A stretch of DNA of 64,000 bases, from NCBI GenBank assembly GCA_037447605.1, contig CM074814.1, forward strand, positions 2,604,001 through 2,668,000, given 5' to 3'. This document shows, one piece after another, positions 30,202 to 44,908 of the stretch (its first letter is position 1; each line of letters opens with the position of its first letter). The DNA comes from Zygnema circumcarinatum SAG 698-1b (taxonomy: Eukaryota; Plantae; Zygnematophyceae). The translations under genes and the position numbers were made by a program. The notes beneath the pieces are model-generated. The model made no database searches, had not been told where the DNA came from, and saw only the letters and a list, made by a program, of their open reading frames with translations.

Positions 30202-33200
30202 TCAGCACGTCTCATATTTTTGTGACTGGACAATCACTACTGGCAGAGGGTGGAAGGAGAGAGCGGAGGAATATGGAGAGCCAATGAGAGCAGAGGTGCA
30301 GAGATAGAAACAGGGGGAGTAAACGAGTGTGAGCATTGCAACGGTAGGCGGGGGAGGACAAGGGGGAGAGAGGAGGGGGAAGTGGGAGAAGGGGGGAGAA
30401 GGGCGGAGGGAGGTGGGGAGGGGGGGAGGTGGGGAAGGGAGGGGAAAGGGGAGGAAGGGAAGGGGGGACAGGGGGACAGGAGGACGGGGGGACGGGGGGA
30501 GGGGGAAAGGGGCAGCGGGGAGGGGGGAGGGAGAGACTGCCGTTCCTACCTGAACCTGTGCTTCCGCATGCAGAAGCTTCGAATACTGCTCTCTCCCACT
30601 CGCAGAGTGCAGCAGCTCGTTCATCCTGCCTACAGCAGTTACCAGCCCTTCGTTCTTTCCTCCCACATCTCTCCACTTCTCCTCCGGCCTCTCACGAATA
30701 GAAGGCCCCCGCGGTATCTGCAGCAGGAGGGGCCTTTGAACCACTAATTTCCCCTGAACTTGGGCAGGCATTCCCCTTTTGGGTAAGTGATCAAGAAAGC
30801 GTAGGCCCATTCTCCTTCTCCTCCACCGGAGGATCGCCTTCTCCACAAAACCTACAGCCCAGCGGAATTTGTTGATCCGCTTGGATGCAGACTGATGGCC
30901 CTTCAACTGTGCCTGGAATGAAAATAATAGAACTCGACCAAAAATAGATCTCTATTTCAGGGTTAGACTGGAATTTAGGGGTCAAACTTAAGGCGAAGAG
31001 TTTAGAATTACTGTGCATAAGGGGCTAGATGGATAAGAGAAGAAAGGAATGGCAGATAACTTCCATGGCCGCAACCATATGTAATGGATGGCGTTATCTA
31101 CAGGTCTCATTGAACAGTCATTTCGCTTTCATACTGAACGATTCTGAAAATGTCTCAAAGAAATCGTAAGGGTTATAATTACCTGCAATCGCTTAATCTT
31201 TTGCCGAATTCCCACGAACTTCTTCTTGTCTTTCCAGGCTTGGTACTTTTGCAGAAGATTACTTGAAGTGTCAAGATGCAATTTCCTCGAAGGAGCATGA
31301 CCCTTCCTCATAGAGACAACTACTTTCCTTTCGCTTTCAGTCAGCCCCAACTCGTCCGCTCCTCCGTCATCCCTCTCTTCTTGCACAAACACTCTCTCTA
31401 CTCCTTTTTTCCGAAGGGAAGACAACTCGCATGCAGACTTAATCAGAACTGCCTTTTTGGCTGTCTTTTCCACATCTTCCTTGATATGAGATTCTACATC
31501 AACAGCAGACTGTTCCTGCGAAACTTGATCCATCACCTGCGTCATCAACTCCGGTTCCTGCAGTGACATTGCAGAAAAGCTCCTACTTAGGGCAATTTTA
31601 GCTAAGTATGCTGCAATGCCTTTATGCCCACTTCCTGCTGCTAAGTCTGAAGGTGTAGCTCCTCCAGGCTGATCCTGCCCAGGAGTTACAATCGGGGCAG
31701 GAACAGCTCCAGCAATTAGAAGATTGACGATCACTTTCTCCCTGCATCCATACCGAACGTCTGGAAACACAGTCAAGCTAAATCAACAAGCATTTTCCTT
31801 CTTCTCCCTCTCTGCCCTTCACCCTTTCTTCTGACCCCCGTTCGTTCCTTTTCCACCCACTTCCCACAGCCCGCATCCGTCCCTTCGTTTCCTCCCTCTT
31901 CCCTGACCCTCCCCCTCCTTATTTCCTCTCGTCACCCAATCCCTCTCTCTCCCTCGTCAGCCCCATGCTGCTTCCCTTTCAACTTCAGCCCCTCGCCCAC
32001 CTCTCCGCTACTCCCACTTTATCAACAACATCATTGGATTGCATCCTCCCTTTCCCTCTCCCCTCTGCCCACTGCCTTCCTCCTGCACCACTGTCACTGC
32101 ATGGCGCAGCCTCTTTCCTTTCCCCTTACTTCCTTTCCGTCATCATCCATACTCCGATTAACAGTTGAAACTTTCACCTCCCTGCCTCTACACCGACCTT
32201 TGTTTTTCCTCAGCTGCTGTTTTTTACCATGTTATTCAGAAGCTTTTCCTTCGATGTCAATTGAACAACTGCTTGAAAAAGAACTGGTCTCGGAAAACAC
32301 AGACATGGAGCGTTCAATTGAGCCGTCAAATTATATAACTCAGTTAATGGCGTACATACCTGCCACAAGCTGCAGCCCAATGCAGTGCGGTTCTCCCCCA
32401 TCCATCGGGCCAATCCACATTCACTACCATCCCAGTAAAAAGTGGAATTGCCCACTCATATCCAAGGGCAGAAACCATATGAATAGCTCCAAGCCCCATT
32501 TCATCCAAGGAATGGAAGCGGGCCTCTGCATTGGGCCCATGTGCCCAGGCTGCAAGCTGGTAGCGCAGGAGCATCATTAAGAGCTGCTCCTGCACAAATC
32601 CGGGAGGACTTTCTTCTGACCGCAATTTTTCAAGCCACACCCACTCATCTTTTCGACATGTTTTTGTCCCCATTTCTGTCTCGTTTTCCTCAGCACGTAG
32701 CAACAGACGCACCAACCGAATAAGCACATTTTGCTCCAGCTCAATTCTCTCAGCATCCAAGTCCTTGGGTCGTGGATTTGTGTGACTCGAGTATTCTATT
32801 TCTAGCAATTTGCTGCACGGCTTTTCATCAAATGTCACTGCGAACGTCACATTGCCTGCCACGTGGGGTGGAGCGTAGCAGCATAGAACACCCGGCCGTA
32901 CCACAGTAGCCGGCACCTCCACATTATCGAACAAAACACCCCATTTCGTGTCTCCATCATGTATTTCTGTATTCCCAGCTATCATAATCTACAAAAAACA
33001 CATCAACTTCAAATCAGCCTCAACTCCTAAATCCAGGTGTATGCTTTCTTGTGAGTTCAGTGAGGAGGATGCAGAGAAGAGAGAGGAGGCACTCGAAAGG
33101 AAAGCAAGGAACCGGCACGGACTCAAAACACATTGCAAGAAACAGATATACTAAAGAAGATATGTGTACCTTTGTTTCGCCTTTTGTGTAGCATGTGGAG

Positions 33201-36200
33201 GGCACAAAATCAAAAACGTTGAACAATATCTCGGTAGGCGATTCCATACACACTGGAGACCTCCTACTGCCAAGGGAACGTACTTTAGGAACGGGCTGTT
33301 CAGGTGCTTGGAGCTGCTCTCCATATGTAACTTGGGACCACCGCCCAAAACTGTCGTGTTTGTCGAAGTCCGAGAATTGTCCGAAACTTTGTATACTATT
33401 GCCCGTACTGCCTTTCCCGCGAGAAGCAGAGATCATTTCAAGCAGAGTCTGCTCCACAGCGAGAGTTGAGGCGGGTAGAGGTGTATCGAAGTGAGATGAA
33501 ATGGGTTCATATTGACAACCATTTTCGGGATATAGCTCAGAAGGCCATTGGCCAGGGGGTTCTAGTTGCTGCTCCTCCTCCGTGTTATCATTTGGGTCTA
33601 ACTCCATTGAACTGCCCTGCAATAAAAATCCCAATTCATATGGACAACTTTCAGATAACATGGGTGCAAACCAAGCGGCACAAATAGCACACGCGCGAAG
33701 TAAAGCAGGTAAAGAAGGGGAGAGAGAGTGGACGGGAGGAGGAATCAAAGAAAAGGAAGGATAATGAGAGACATAAGAGTTAGTGAAGAGGAGGAAAGGG
33801 AGATGTAAACAATATGTTTCTTCAGCTAGCAACCTTCTAAGTTTCATGCTTTGTTCACCTTCCCCAAGGGCCCCAGTTCCTTCACAGTATTACATCAAAA
33901 AGAGTAAATTCTGAACGGTTCCTTTCAAAGCTATACCTCGACACCACATGAACGAAATGATATTCGACAATAGATGGTAGTCAAACTTGCAGAAAAACTC
34001 ATATACAGTTCAAGTTCAACAAATGCATAGCAGATGCAAGCATGTTTCTTTGAACATGGGAACTCTGTTATCAGGTGAGAACAAACAAAAGGCAGCCTTC
34101 AAGTTCTTCACTTTGCATGGAAAATGGTCCCTACCAGGACTGAGGGCTGCTGTTCAGAATCTATGCGGCGACCTAAGCTTCGCTTCAGTTTGCGATTTGG
34201 CAGTGGAGATTGCAGCTGCATCCAAAAATCAAAGGTCGAAACACAGTCAATTGGTTTGAGATCAAACAACAAAGTCCTTCTCACACAGGAAGGCCCAGTT
34301 ATGCAACACAACACCTTAACATCCTCGAAGGAAAAACAACTGTAAACACAAACCAGCTCTTTTTGGTATGACCGAAGCACGTTCTTACACTCTGCAATTC
34401 TGTGACATGTGGAGGCGGGTAACGAGCCTCACATACACACTAAAAATGGACATCTGGGAACCCATAGTCATCTTTTATCCAATGGACATTATCGTCAAAA
34501 ACAAGCTCGCTCTTACTTCAGCTCCACTTTGACATCCTCCGATATCGCCCTCGCTTGACATCCCATTCCATTTCCCCGACCCTGCAGGGTTTGAACTGCC
34601 TCTCGAATTTATTGACCACGACATTGCTTCTGTTTCTGCATTGCTTTCCCCACTTGCCAGATTTTCAAATGTGCCAGGCCATGTTGGATTCCCTTCACGA
34701 GGAATTTCTTGCAATCCTGACCGGGGCTGTAAATTGGGATCTGGAAATATTCCGTTCCAGCCCCTGCTTGTGTGAGGCCTGTCCAATAAACCAGAGTCTT
34801 GACTTTCACTGTCGGAACCTCCTTCACTTCTTAAGTTTGGCACTGCAAAGAAGAACGAAAAAGATTTTTAATTGAGAGCCTGTGAAAGCACTGGAGAGTT
34901 CCCAACGCTGATTCCTAAGGGCTTAATTTACAAACCCTTTATAATGAATCACCTTTTGATCAACCAAGCGAACTATTTCAGTGCAAAAAAACTAGAGAAA
35001 GAAATGAACCCAACCACACTTGTGTCTACTTTTGTCAGCCCGCTGATACTGGGAAAGGTTCCCGGGAATATTCTTTCCTCAGGTTGTTCAGGTTGGAATT
35101 GAATTGCAAATTCTGGAGGTGAAGTTGAATGTACATTCACGCCCGACTAATGTGGGACTACACTGCATGCTGTCTGTCCATTACCATTTGACCCATGTGC
35201 GAGGGCTGATTCCGAAACCATTCCTAACTGCACGACAACATCCTTCTCGGTATCCTTGTCATCGAATTCATCTATTTCGTCGTCAATGCCCAACGTGGTT
35301 GAAGGCGCTGCCTGTGGTTCCCGAAAGCCTTTCGCGTCTGGCCGAATGCGTCCCGTTCCCTACGGATGCAGCAGAGTTCAAAAGTGGGAGAGGGGGAGGA
35401 GGGTGAGAGGGACGGGGCGGGAGGGGGAGGAGGGGTGAGGGGGGAGCGAGAGGGAGGGAGACAGGGGGAGCGAGGGAAGGGAGGGAGAGAGAGGGAGAGA
35501 GATCGAGGGAGGGGGAGGAGGGGGAGGGAGAGGGAGGGGGAAAGAAGGAAACGGAGGGGAGAGGGACTGAGGAAGAGGGAGAGGGAGAGGGAGAGGGAGA
35601 GGGNNNNNNNNNNGAGAGAAAGAGGGAGAGGGAGAGGGAGAGGGACAGGGAGGGAGAGGGAGAGGGAGAGGGAGAGGGAGAGGGAGAGGGAGGGAGAGGG
35701 AGAGGGAGAGGGAGAGTGAGAGGGAGCGGGGGAGGGAGAAATGACTCAGTGAAAGGTCTAGATTGCACAAACTTGCAACATGCAGAAATATGAAGTTTTA
35801 GGGTTATGCTTCAGCCAGGTCATTTCAGTCACAAGTGACGACGACAGAACATACCGGTGGAACTTCTCGATAATGCACCAGCGCAATGTTATCCAAGGGC
35901 CTGAAAGAGGAGAACTCAACGACAATTAGTTCTACGTTCGGAGGACTTTTGATTTATCTAAACATTTAAATATTCAAAGAACGTAGTTTCTTATCAGTTC
36001 GGTGCTGGGCCCTCCATATTGGAGAGGTGTGAAGAGGGGAAAAAAGCACATTCATGGAGAAACAGTCTTGGAGTGCAAAGGAAACTAACCCTTCCAACAT
36101 CCAATACACACGTCTCTGGAATCTCAAATTTTCCTCCGCATGCGCATAGTAGCAGTGTAGCACATCCTTGTTTCCAATCTGCAAATATGAGCTCAAGAAG

Positions 36201-37645
36201 GCCGCCAAGATCAGGGTCCGACATTCTAACGATAGAAGAAAGAGAGCATGTAAACAGGGCGATTCATCCTTTGTAGCCAGATAAGTTTATTTTGCAAACG
36301 TGCCATGCAACGAATCTACGCCCACAATATTTGCGAGAAAATGCTCAGCTCTTCACATGCAATTAGCATACGATTACAAGTAAAGAAATCTCGGAACTTA
36401 GCACCTGAAAACGCTATTACCGAAAAAACTCGCATACACAAATTAAGATCCCACAACAAACCAAACTACTTACCTTAAGTTTTACATGTGTTTCCCGAAC
36501 AGTCTTGCCATCTTTCTTCTTTCGCCAGTTGTGGCCATCTCTACGGAAATAACGGAAGGCTTTACGGTCAAACAGGTACACGGAACCGCCTGCAAAAGAT
36601 AGTTCCAACGTCATTCCAACCATCGAGCTTAGTACTATGAATTCACCGGTCCATATTATGAGATTTTTTTCCAGACATTGGAGTAATTTTGTGCGACAGA
36701 GGGCCCTTGTTTCAATAGTTCGATAGCCGCATTTTGAAAAACAAAGGGTCATTCCACCTCTCTCTCTCTCACACACACTCTTTTCCCCTCCCTCTTAAAT
36801 CCTCCCTCTCCGTCTTTCACTGTTCTCACTCCCTCTCCCTCTCCCTCCTCCCTCTCCCTCTCCCTCCCGTTTCCTCCCTCCCTCCCTCTCTCTCTCTCTC
36901 CCTCCAGAAAGTTAGCAACAAACAAAATGTTTGGAGGAGAATGTGAGGTCTTTAAGATGAATTAAACGACTACTCACTGAAAGGTTTCACCGGCGCCTCT
37001 TGCTTCAACTGCAGCTTACAGACTTGATAGATGTGCAGAATCTTCAGAATCTCCGCGGGACTCAGCCAACGCGTTTTTACCTCACGAAGTATCTCACTGA
37101 TGTCCATGGCGTCTGTTGCAACGGAAAGAAACAAGCATTGAAGAAGATTTTAAACAAAAATCGCATAAAAGAAGATAAACTGTGAGCACATTCTTCGTCT
37201 GATTAGAAGACAGAACAACAAAAGCAATGACAGTAGTTGTTATGTCGCACAATAAAGTACATAATAATGTAAGCATATCTCTCTTTTTCGGGAATAAGCA
37301 TAATCGATTAAAGTACAGGAATTTGGCCTACGAAAAGAAAAACGTCCTTGCATTTTCACAGAAATCTGCTTCACAATTCATCTATTTCCGAGGAAAAAAT
37401 TACAATACAAGTCCTCAAATCTTCCAATTAAACCTAAAAATGGAAGAAAGGCAGCTCAACTATAAGATATGACCTCAACTCCATTCTTTTGTCAAAAGAA
37501 AAAAAAACCAGCTCTTCCGATTCATGCAATCAGGCACTCATGATTCAAGAAAACGGCACCGGCCCCCCTTGCCTGCATGCGAAGCTCCAGCAGCCGCCAT
37601 ACCTGCACCGCCGCCTCCTGCAGCTCCTTCCCTGCAGGCCCCCAT
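30202..37645 (-). CDS. CAMTA: Calmodulin-binding transcription activator (multi-exon)
   Basis: CG-1 exons 37112-36978 (MDISEILREVKTRWLSPAEI), 36589-36474 (LFDRKAFRYFRRDGHNWRKKKDGKTVRETHVKLK), 36178-36090 (LHCYYAH...FQRRVYWMLE) and 35900-35855 (NIALVHYREV). TIG (VLCCYAPPHVAG), ankyrin (GRTALHWAAACG), IQ/CaMBD (LQAQLKGHQ...WAVGFVEKAILRWRRRRMGLR). Splice phases are consistent. First exon (ATG 37645 versus 37107) and last exon are uncertain. Confidence 0.95.
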
Positions 37646-38168
37646 GGCTGCCCAGGCCCTTCCAAATAGCCCTGCCTTGCCCTTGCGAAGAGGCGGCTTC
37701 TTTCAGGAAAAGGACCTGCAACGGCAAGCGCTTACAATGACCAGCAGCCAATCAAAGGCCGTCACGTGGACATAGTTCCACGTGGCATTTTATGAGTGGA
37801 TACACATGGTATGACTGGACAGGCTGCTGAAGTCAAAGCTTGTCGCGGAGTCCTGGAGCTCCAAAGGGACTCTCGTAGGCAATTTTGGATTTTAGCGACC
37901 GTACAGTGTACAGAAGACCGTACTGCACCTCTAGCTCTGGCCGACAGCTTTTGGTCGACGGCCGGCTGTGCGCGGCAGCCCACACTTTAACGGCCAAATT
38001 TGGCCGGCAAAAAAATGTTTACATATTTTCCATTACTGTTTCTAAATTGAACGCTCCCTCTGTCTCCTGTTATCCCTTTCAGCATATCATCGGTACTCAG
38101 CAACGTACGAATTCACCAGGGAGCGGCGCCGCCTGTTGGAAGTGCTTTCTCAGTACAATCTCTCTACA

Positions 38169-38233
<65 letters not shown>

Positions 38234-38324
38234 GCTCTCCCATTCGTCCTCTCCTTCCGTCTCCCCCCTCCCATCCCTCCTTTTCTTTTGTACCCCTCTC
38301 TCACATCTTAGTATCTGGACGCTT
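37646..38324. promoter_or_regulatory. Probable bidirectional promoter between CAMTA and Tic22-like gene
   Basis: Head-to-head starts about 680 bp apart, CACGTG G-boxes near 37763 and 37779, (CT)n leader at 38160-38225. Confidence 0.5.
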
Positions 38325-41300
38325 ATGGCTGTGCAGCTGGAGCCTTCCAAGATGCGCTCTGACATTCGCCTTGGCGAGCAGCAATGGAGAGTTTCCGGGG
38401 AGGAGGAGGAGGAGGAGGGAGATTTCAGGCGAGGGAGAGTGGGTGAGGGAGAGCAGAGGGAGACAAGAGGGAGAGGAAGGGAGAGATATGGAGAGAGAGA
38501 GAGAGAAAGGTCTTCTCAGGCTTTTAACGGCCGTCTGCTGGTAGTGAAGACACGTCTGACTCTGGGAAAGACTCAGAAAACGGCCGTTCTTTCAGTAGAG
38601 AATTTAAGCAGGTTGTTTCCGAAATTAGGGTTACCAATTAAAGGAGTGAAGAGGATCAAGGAGGGAGCGGAATCGTCAAAAAAAGTGGCGAATTCAGTAA
38701 TGAATGGTATTGCAGTGCTCCGGCTCGGCGTAATTCATGGCAAGTATAAGCATTTTCCTGACTAATGTCTAGACTTTTTGTTGACCAGTTTCTGCAAAAC
38801 TCGCATAGTTTCTTTTGTACAGAGATTTTGGGATTGCTTTGCTTCTAAGTGTTGAGGATTCAAGTCTTGACCTGAGCGCTTTTGAGGACTTCTTTTGCAG
38901 GATTTTCTGAGCTGAATCCTTTTTTACGCTCGCATGTGGCGTCATCCTCTTCGCCGTCTCATGCGTTAAGCACGGCTTTACGCCTCCGTTCGCGATTGAA
39001 TGCTTTTCATCCAGCTCCGGAACGGCAAATACAATTCAAATCGCTCTCATTCCCCACATTTTCGTTGCTGAACAATACTTCCGTGCAAGCTACCGAGAGA
39101 AATATCTCCTTCGAATTGTCCGAAAACACGGGGAACGCGTCTATCGCAAGTAGTAATAGCGGCGCCAAAAAAGCAGAATCTCCCGATTCTGTGAAGTCTT
39201 TCCCAGGTTCCATTAGTTCAAGCGGTGGCCCTGCATTCATGGGCCAAGTCTTCACAATGTGCGACGCTTCAAGGAGAGGTCTGTTGGGAGTGAAGGCGAT
39301 CGAAACCGTGAGCAGCTCTGAGCTTTGGAAACGGATGCTGCGGCCGATTTTGAAAATGTGAGTCTGACAAATCCTGTGAATTACACACGTGAGCTCATGT
39401 GATGTGATGTGCATTGAACATATGATGTGGTGTTACGTGCATTGTATTGTGAGGTGTGGTTATGCGATGTCCATTGCAGTTACAATATGACGTTATGCGA
39501 CGTGGCTAAATATAATTGTGATGTTTGGTTAAGAAACAACTGGTTGCAATGCGATGCTCGTTCAGTTTCAGTTTCAATTTTTTGCATTCATCGCTGCATG
39601 TGTGCAGAATGGGAGTCGATATCTCTGCATTGATGAAGTCCCTGCAGGAGCAGCTGGAAGGTCCTATGTTCCATTTCTACTTCGACAAGGCTGATGCAGG
39701 TAGGCAAGTAAGCAAGCAATGCATTTGAAAGATTTTATTTGTCCTTTTGAATTGCTTGGATGCGCTTCTCGAGAGACGGATTTAACCACGAGAGTAAAAC
39801 TGCTACTTATAAATCACATTGGGCCTCTCTGATTCTTGATTCTTGATTCCTTTCTTTTCTTTTCCCGTGCTATTCTTTTGCAGCCAAATATGTGAAAAAG
39901 CTTCACATGCAGGATAAGGGGAATTCTGAACTGCTCGGTTCAGTAGTGAGCTCCTGTCCTTTGGACGAAGCTTACAAGTACTTCAAGGTAAGGATGAAAG
40001 TCTTTTCCGAATATTGTGTGGACTTCCTTTCTAATCATTGTAATCTGATATTTAGTGCATAATGTCAGCATCAGGTTGTCTTTCTGGGCCAACTTTTCCT
40101 GATTTTTTCTTTCGTTATTGTATTCTGCTTACAGTAGGGGAAAGATGTGCAGGGAAAGCCGCTGCTCTTCCAATTTGTGGCCGCTGCAAAGCAAGTCGAT
40201 ATTGCGAAAAAAATATTACGCAAGGAAAAAGGACCCAAAGCTGCGTCATCTTTTCGGGGTGTGCCCGTATTCACTGCAACCAATCTCACAATTGCGATGG
40301 CAACGCCAGGTGGCATTCGCTGGTAGGCTGCCGAAAATTTGAAGCTTTATGTTCTTGGGAAGACCAAGAAATTGACTTATTGGTAGAACTTATTGTGACA
40401 TTGTGAAAGACATGTTCCGTTGTTGATGTCGATGGATGTTCGTTCCCTCATGTCTTTGTTGTGTATGCTCATTCTTGCGACTGTTTTGCCTTCCGATATT
40501 TGTATTTGGTATGTCTTGTGGACCAAGATTCCAAAAGCTTACATTGAAGACCTAAAGTTTGAACTATGTCTACTGATGAACAAAAAGAGGGACTCTATAA
40601 GCTCGACCTTTGTCTTGTTTTTGCTTTTGAATCATACGGCTGAAATGCCATGCTCCCCATGTGTGCAGTCGAAGGTAGGAAAATAAATGATATCCTTACA
40701 TATGTATCGTTACAAGTATAAGAAGGTTGTTGTTTGTGTTTTTGTCTGTGTTTGTGTGTATTGATGGATGTGATTTGCCTGCGCAGGTTCACTCCCTACT
40801 TCTTTGATAAGCGGCAGCTCGACAGCCTTATAGGCCACAGTGTGGACAACTACTACCAGGAGCTCCTGCATGTAAGGAGGCTGCAACGCCATAGTCAGGC
40901 CATTGATAGCGATTTAGGAGGAGAGGCTCTGGAGGATGATCCTGATAGCTTGTTGGACCCCCCTGAGGTAAGTCAATTCACGACTCCCTCTCCGTCCACC
41001 TCTCTCCTTCCTCCTCTCTCCTGCTGTCTCGAACTTCTCTTCCCCTCCCCACACTCTCTCCTTTCAAAGACGGAGATATGTCAATCTCCCTTCCCCTCTT
41101 CGTCCTCCGCTCTCCCCCTGTTGTCACGCGTTTCCGCCTCCCCTGCCTCTCGCCTTTCTTAAAAGTTGGAGCGTATGTCAATCCACCTCTCGCCCTTTCC
41201 TAACTTATTTCCCCTACTCCCTGTTTCTCTCACTCCCTCTCTCAAAATTGGAGCGTATGTCAATCCCTCTCCTTTCTCCCCCTCCGTTCTCTCCCTGTCT

Positions 41301-43657
41301 CTAACTACTTTCCCCATCCGCTCTCTCTCTCCTTCTTCAAGGGTGGACCATATGCCCTTCTGGCTGTTTTCAACCGTGATTTTGTTTATAGGGCATCCAC
41401 CTTGCCGTTTTGTGGAGGATAATTTCGACTGCTAACCTTTCTACTAGTCTCACTCACTAAAGCAAAACAGTAGTTTTTGCTAACAAAACATTCTTTCACC
41501 ATTTTTTATGGTGAAGTTCTCCACCAATACCGTCAAATCGAAGGCAGCACTTAATCTCCTACAGACCTAAAGAACGTAAAGTGACTGATTCCCTAACGCA
41601 CTAATGACCTTTCTTCACTCTCTCCCTCCTTTGTCTGTGAATCTTTCACTGATAATGAAACTTCCAGCCCGGATTTGAGAATGGGGGAAATGATGGGTGA
41701 GGAATTCTGACTTTGTGTGTCCGTTTTATTTTCCGTTGCGAATCAGGTGGCGGATTTTATGGACGAGATGGGGCAAGGGGGCCCTCAGATGGAATCTGCA
41801 TTGCTTAAGGTAGCAGAGGTTTTGACTCAAGACTGTGTGGATAATGTACTTCTTGGAAATAAGTGGGGGCGTCGCGTCGCAGGCCTGCAGCCGACCTTCT
41901 CTGTCGTAGTCGACTCATTTGAGAGAAGGTAATTTTTTTTTTTTTTTTGGGTTTTCGAGCTGTACTGTACTTGCTCCCTAATATACCCACTTTTAAAAAA
42001 GGGGGAGAGTGAGACGCTCCTTCTAACTTGCTTAGGTCGTTCCTAGAGTTAACTTATCACAGTATAAAGATTGTACTTTCTACAGTACACCACCTGTGGT
42101 CAATGCACGTTCTCTCCCTTGCCGATTTATCCCCAAGAGTGGGTGAATGTTAGAGGAGGGATCATGTTCTCTCTCTCTCACTCTCTCTCTCTCTCCTCTG
42201 CGACTCCTGCCCCTATCCGCCGTCACCTCTCTCAATCCCTTTCTCTCTCACTACCATTTTCTACAAGCATTTTTGTACTACCTCTACCTTCCCTTGATAT
42301 GTTTCTTCTCTCAATCCCTTTCACTCTCAGAGTCGCAGCTGCGGAGGCGGCAGCCCTTGCCGAGGCTGAAGGCCTCACGGAGCTTTTTTCGTGGCTAAAA
42401 AATAACCAAAGTGGGCCAGCAGTTAGCAGCGTACGGGGGGCAGAAGGGACAGAAAGAAGCAATGGTAATAAGGCGAGAAGGGGGCAGGCGAGCAAAGAGC
42501 AGAGTGAAGTAGAGCAGCGAAATCGAGACAGCATTAGTAGCAGAGATGGAGATGCAGGGAGCAGCACGGGAGAGGAGCATGTGGAGAGTGAAGGGAGGGA
42601 GAAGAGTGGGAGAGGAGGGGAGGGGCCCATTTCGCAGCTGAGGAGGGCGTGGAGGAGATTTGGGCCCTTAAAGAAGCTGAGTGGGGTCTTTTCTGGACTA
42701 AGTCCACATGAGAATGGAGAGGAGGGAGAGGGAGAAGGAGACGGTAGCAGCAGCAGACCAGGCAGCCAGATGAGGTATGGTGTGCCCTCCTTTTCTAAAG
42801 GTAAAGAAAGGATAGGGTTTATCTAATATGTTAGACTTAGAATGCTCATTTTAAGGATTGAAAAGTGAAAAAGGCCGAGGTGAAGTTGAGATTGCATAAT
42901 TCTTTTGAAACATGGAACATCTGCTTATGTATAATTGGCTACATCTAGACCTCCCTTCTCCACCCCTCCCCCTACTCCCCTCTAGCCCTAACTGGCCTCA
43001 TATTTTGTAGTACTCCTTCATTCGCCTCTCCTGCCTTTCCCTTCCCCATCCTCCCTCCCCTCCCTACTCCCTTCTCCACGCCAACCTCCCCACACCCCCA
43101 TTTTCATCTCCCCGTTCTCCTCCGCCCTTCGCCGTCCCCCTCCCTAACCCTGTCCGCCCTCCCTCCCTCCCTTCTAACCCACTCCTCTCCTCCCTCCCTC
43201 CCTTCTAACCCACTCCTCTCCTCCCTCCCTCCCTGCCTCCCTCCCTCCCTCCCTCCCTCTCCTCTAACCCTCTCCTCCCTTTTGTCCCTCCCGCCCAACC
43301 CATTTTTCCCCGTCATGGCTCCCTCCCCTCTTAACCCTCTCGCGTCTTCCCTCACTCCCTGACAGAGGTGACTCCGACAGCTCCTCTTCTGAAGACATCG
43401 AGCCATGGCTCCTCCATCCTCGCCTCACCATGTTGGGCGTGGCCGTACAAGGGCCAGCTGGCAGCCTCACAGACGCCACCCTCCAGCAGGCCATGGCTGC
43501 CGCAGCAAAAGACTTTGAGGAGAAGGTGAGGAAAGGAGGAGGCTCTGCGGGGGAGCACGGGCCCCTCTTCATAGCGGACCTAGGGGAGCCCACAGAGGCC
43601 TTTGATCCGGAGGGCTCTAGCAGCGGTTCGGGAAGGGTGGGCTCGGACGACCTGTGA
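38325..43657 (+). CDS. Tic22-like family protein (At5g62650 type), multi-exon
   Basis: GPAFMGQVFTMCD, GPMFHFYFDKADA, VSSCPLDEAYKYFK, LFQFVAAAKQV, GVPVFTATNLTIAMATPGGIRW|FTPYFFDK, LLDPPE|V, VLLGNKW...QPTF...VDSFERR, GPLFIADLG - collinear with the recalled Arabidopsis protein. Confidence 0.9.
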
Positions 43658-44589
43658 GAAGAGAGAGAGAGAGGGGGGGAACACTCGCACGATTTGTGAG
43701 CGGAAGGAGAGTTGGCGGGAGGGGGGGTAGGGAAGGGAGGAGACGCAGAGGAATGGAGAGGTATGAGAGGGGGGCGGGGAAGGGAGGAGACGAAGGGGGT
43801 ATGGAGAGAGATGAGGGGAGGAAGGGGATGACGGATGGGAGAGAGAGAGAAGGGAGAGGGGGCAGGAGCATGGCGCGTGGATGTTGGAATGGGGGCGACC
43901 GCATTGGTGAGAACCACCATTCGATTTGTAGTGGCTTTTTCCCTTTTTTTTTTTTTTTTCTTTTACAATCCCCCCTTTTCCCCCACCTTTTTTTATATGT
44001 GAAATGAAGTATATACCGTGAGCTCGCCAGACGTCTGTGTCGATTGGGGGTTTCGATTACATGAGTTGGTCCCTTGACATCCGTTGAACGGATATAGGCG
44101 TCAGCTCTATGCAGAACAGGGAACCTGTTGTCGGTCAGTTCTGAGACGGACGATGGAACTGGAGCAGGGACAGGTACTGATCGGAGAATTTGAAACGGTA
44201 TGTCTGTACATATAGATTCACTGCTCCGTTGTCCTGTACAAAACGTACATGTACATGTGGAGCACGTGGTTGTGATACTGAGGGCTGCAAACATGTACAT
44301 AGGAACGATAGAGGGAGAGAGAGGGAAGTGCAAAAAGAGGAGAGTGTGTTAGTGTTTACAGTGTGTGGTTTTTATGTCCTCTTATGTATGATTTAATAAA
44401 AAGAAAATAGTTGGGAAACTCTAATGTAACGGGGAACAAAAGTACCTCAAAAAGACATGAAACGATAAATGTCGGTGACTTTCTGTAAGTTTGCGAAGTT
44501 AGATACCGTCAGCTTGGAATGCCTAGAGTGTGAGTCATAAGAAACAGGGGTGAGAATGACTCGAATTGACTGAAGGCGGCGGGAAAATG

Positions 44590-44680
44590 TCATTGAACTC
44601 ACGATGGCGAGGCCATCAAATGTACATGGACAAAAGCAGCATGGGGAACCACGAGAAACTGGTCGCAAAGGACCTAAGCT
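44590..44680 (-). mobile_element. Relic of the CRE element 3' end
   Basis: attgaactcacgatggc(g/a)aggccatcaaatgtacatgga...ggaacca...gga(c)(c/a)taag matches 21545-21630. Confidence 0.75.
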
Positions 44681-44908
44681 CTGGAATTTGGATTTAAATT
44701 TAGGCCAATCACAGTGCGCCACGCTAGGCACATTGCATACTTGGCCAACCCTTGATTTGCTTCTTGCTCAGTTGACTCGAGTCATTGCCCTCTGTAAAAA
44801 CAAAGCGAAAATTTATGAGCCGCTTCCTTGTGGTTTTGGGCCCATTTGCATGTACGGTAAGGAAAATTTCCAAGTTTCCAGTTTCCAGTGTCAATTTCCA
44901 GTTTCAAT

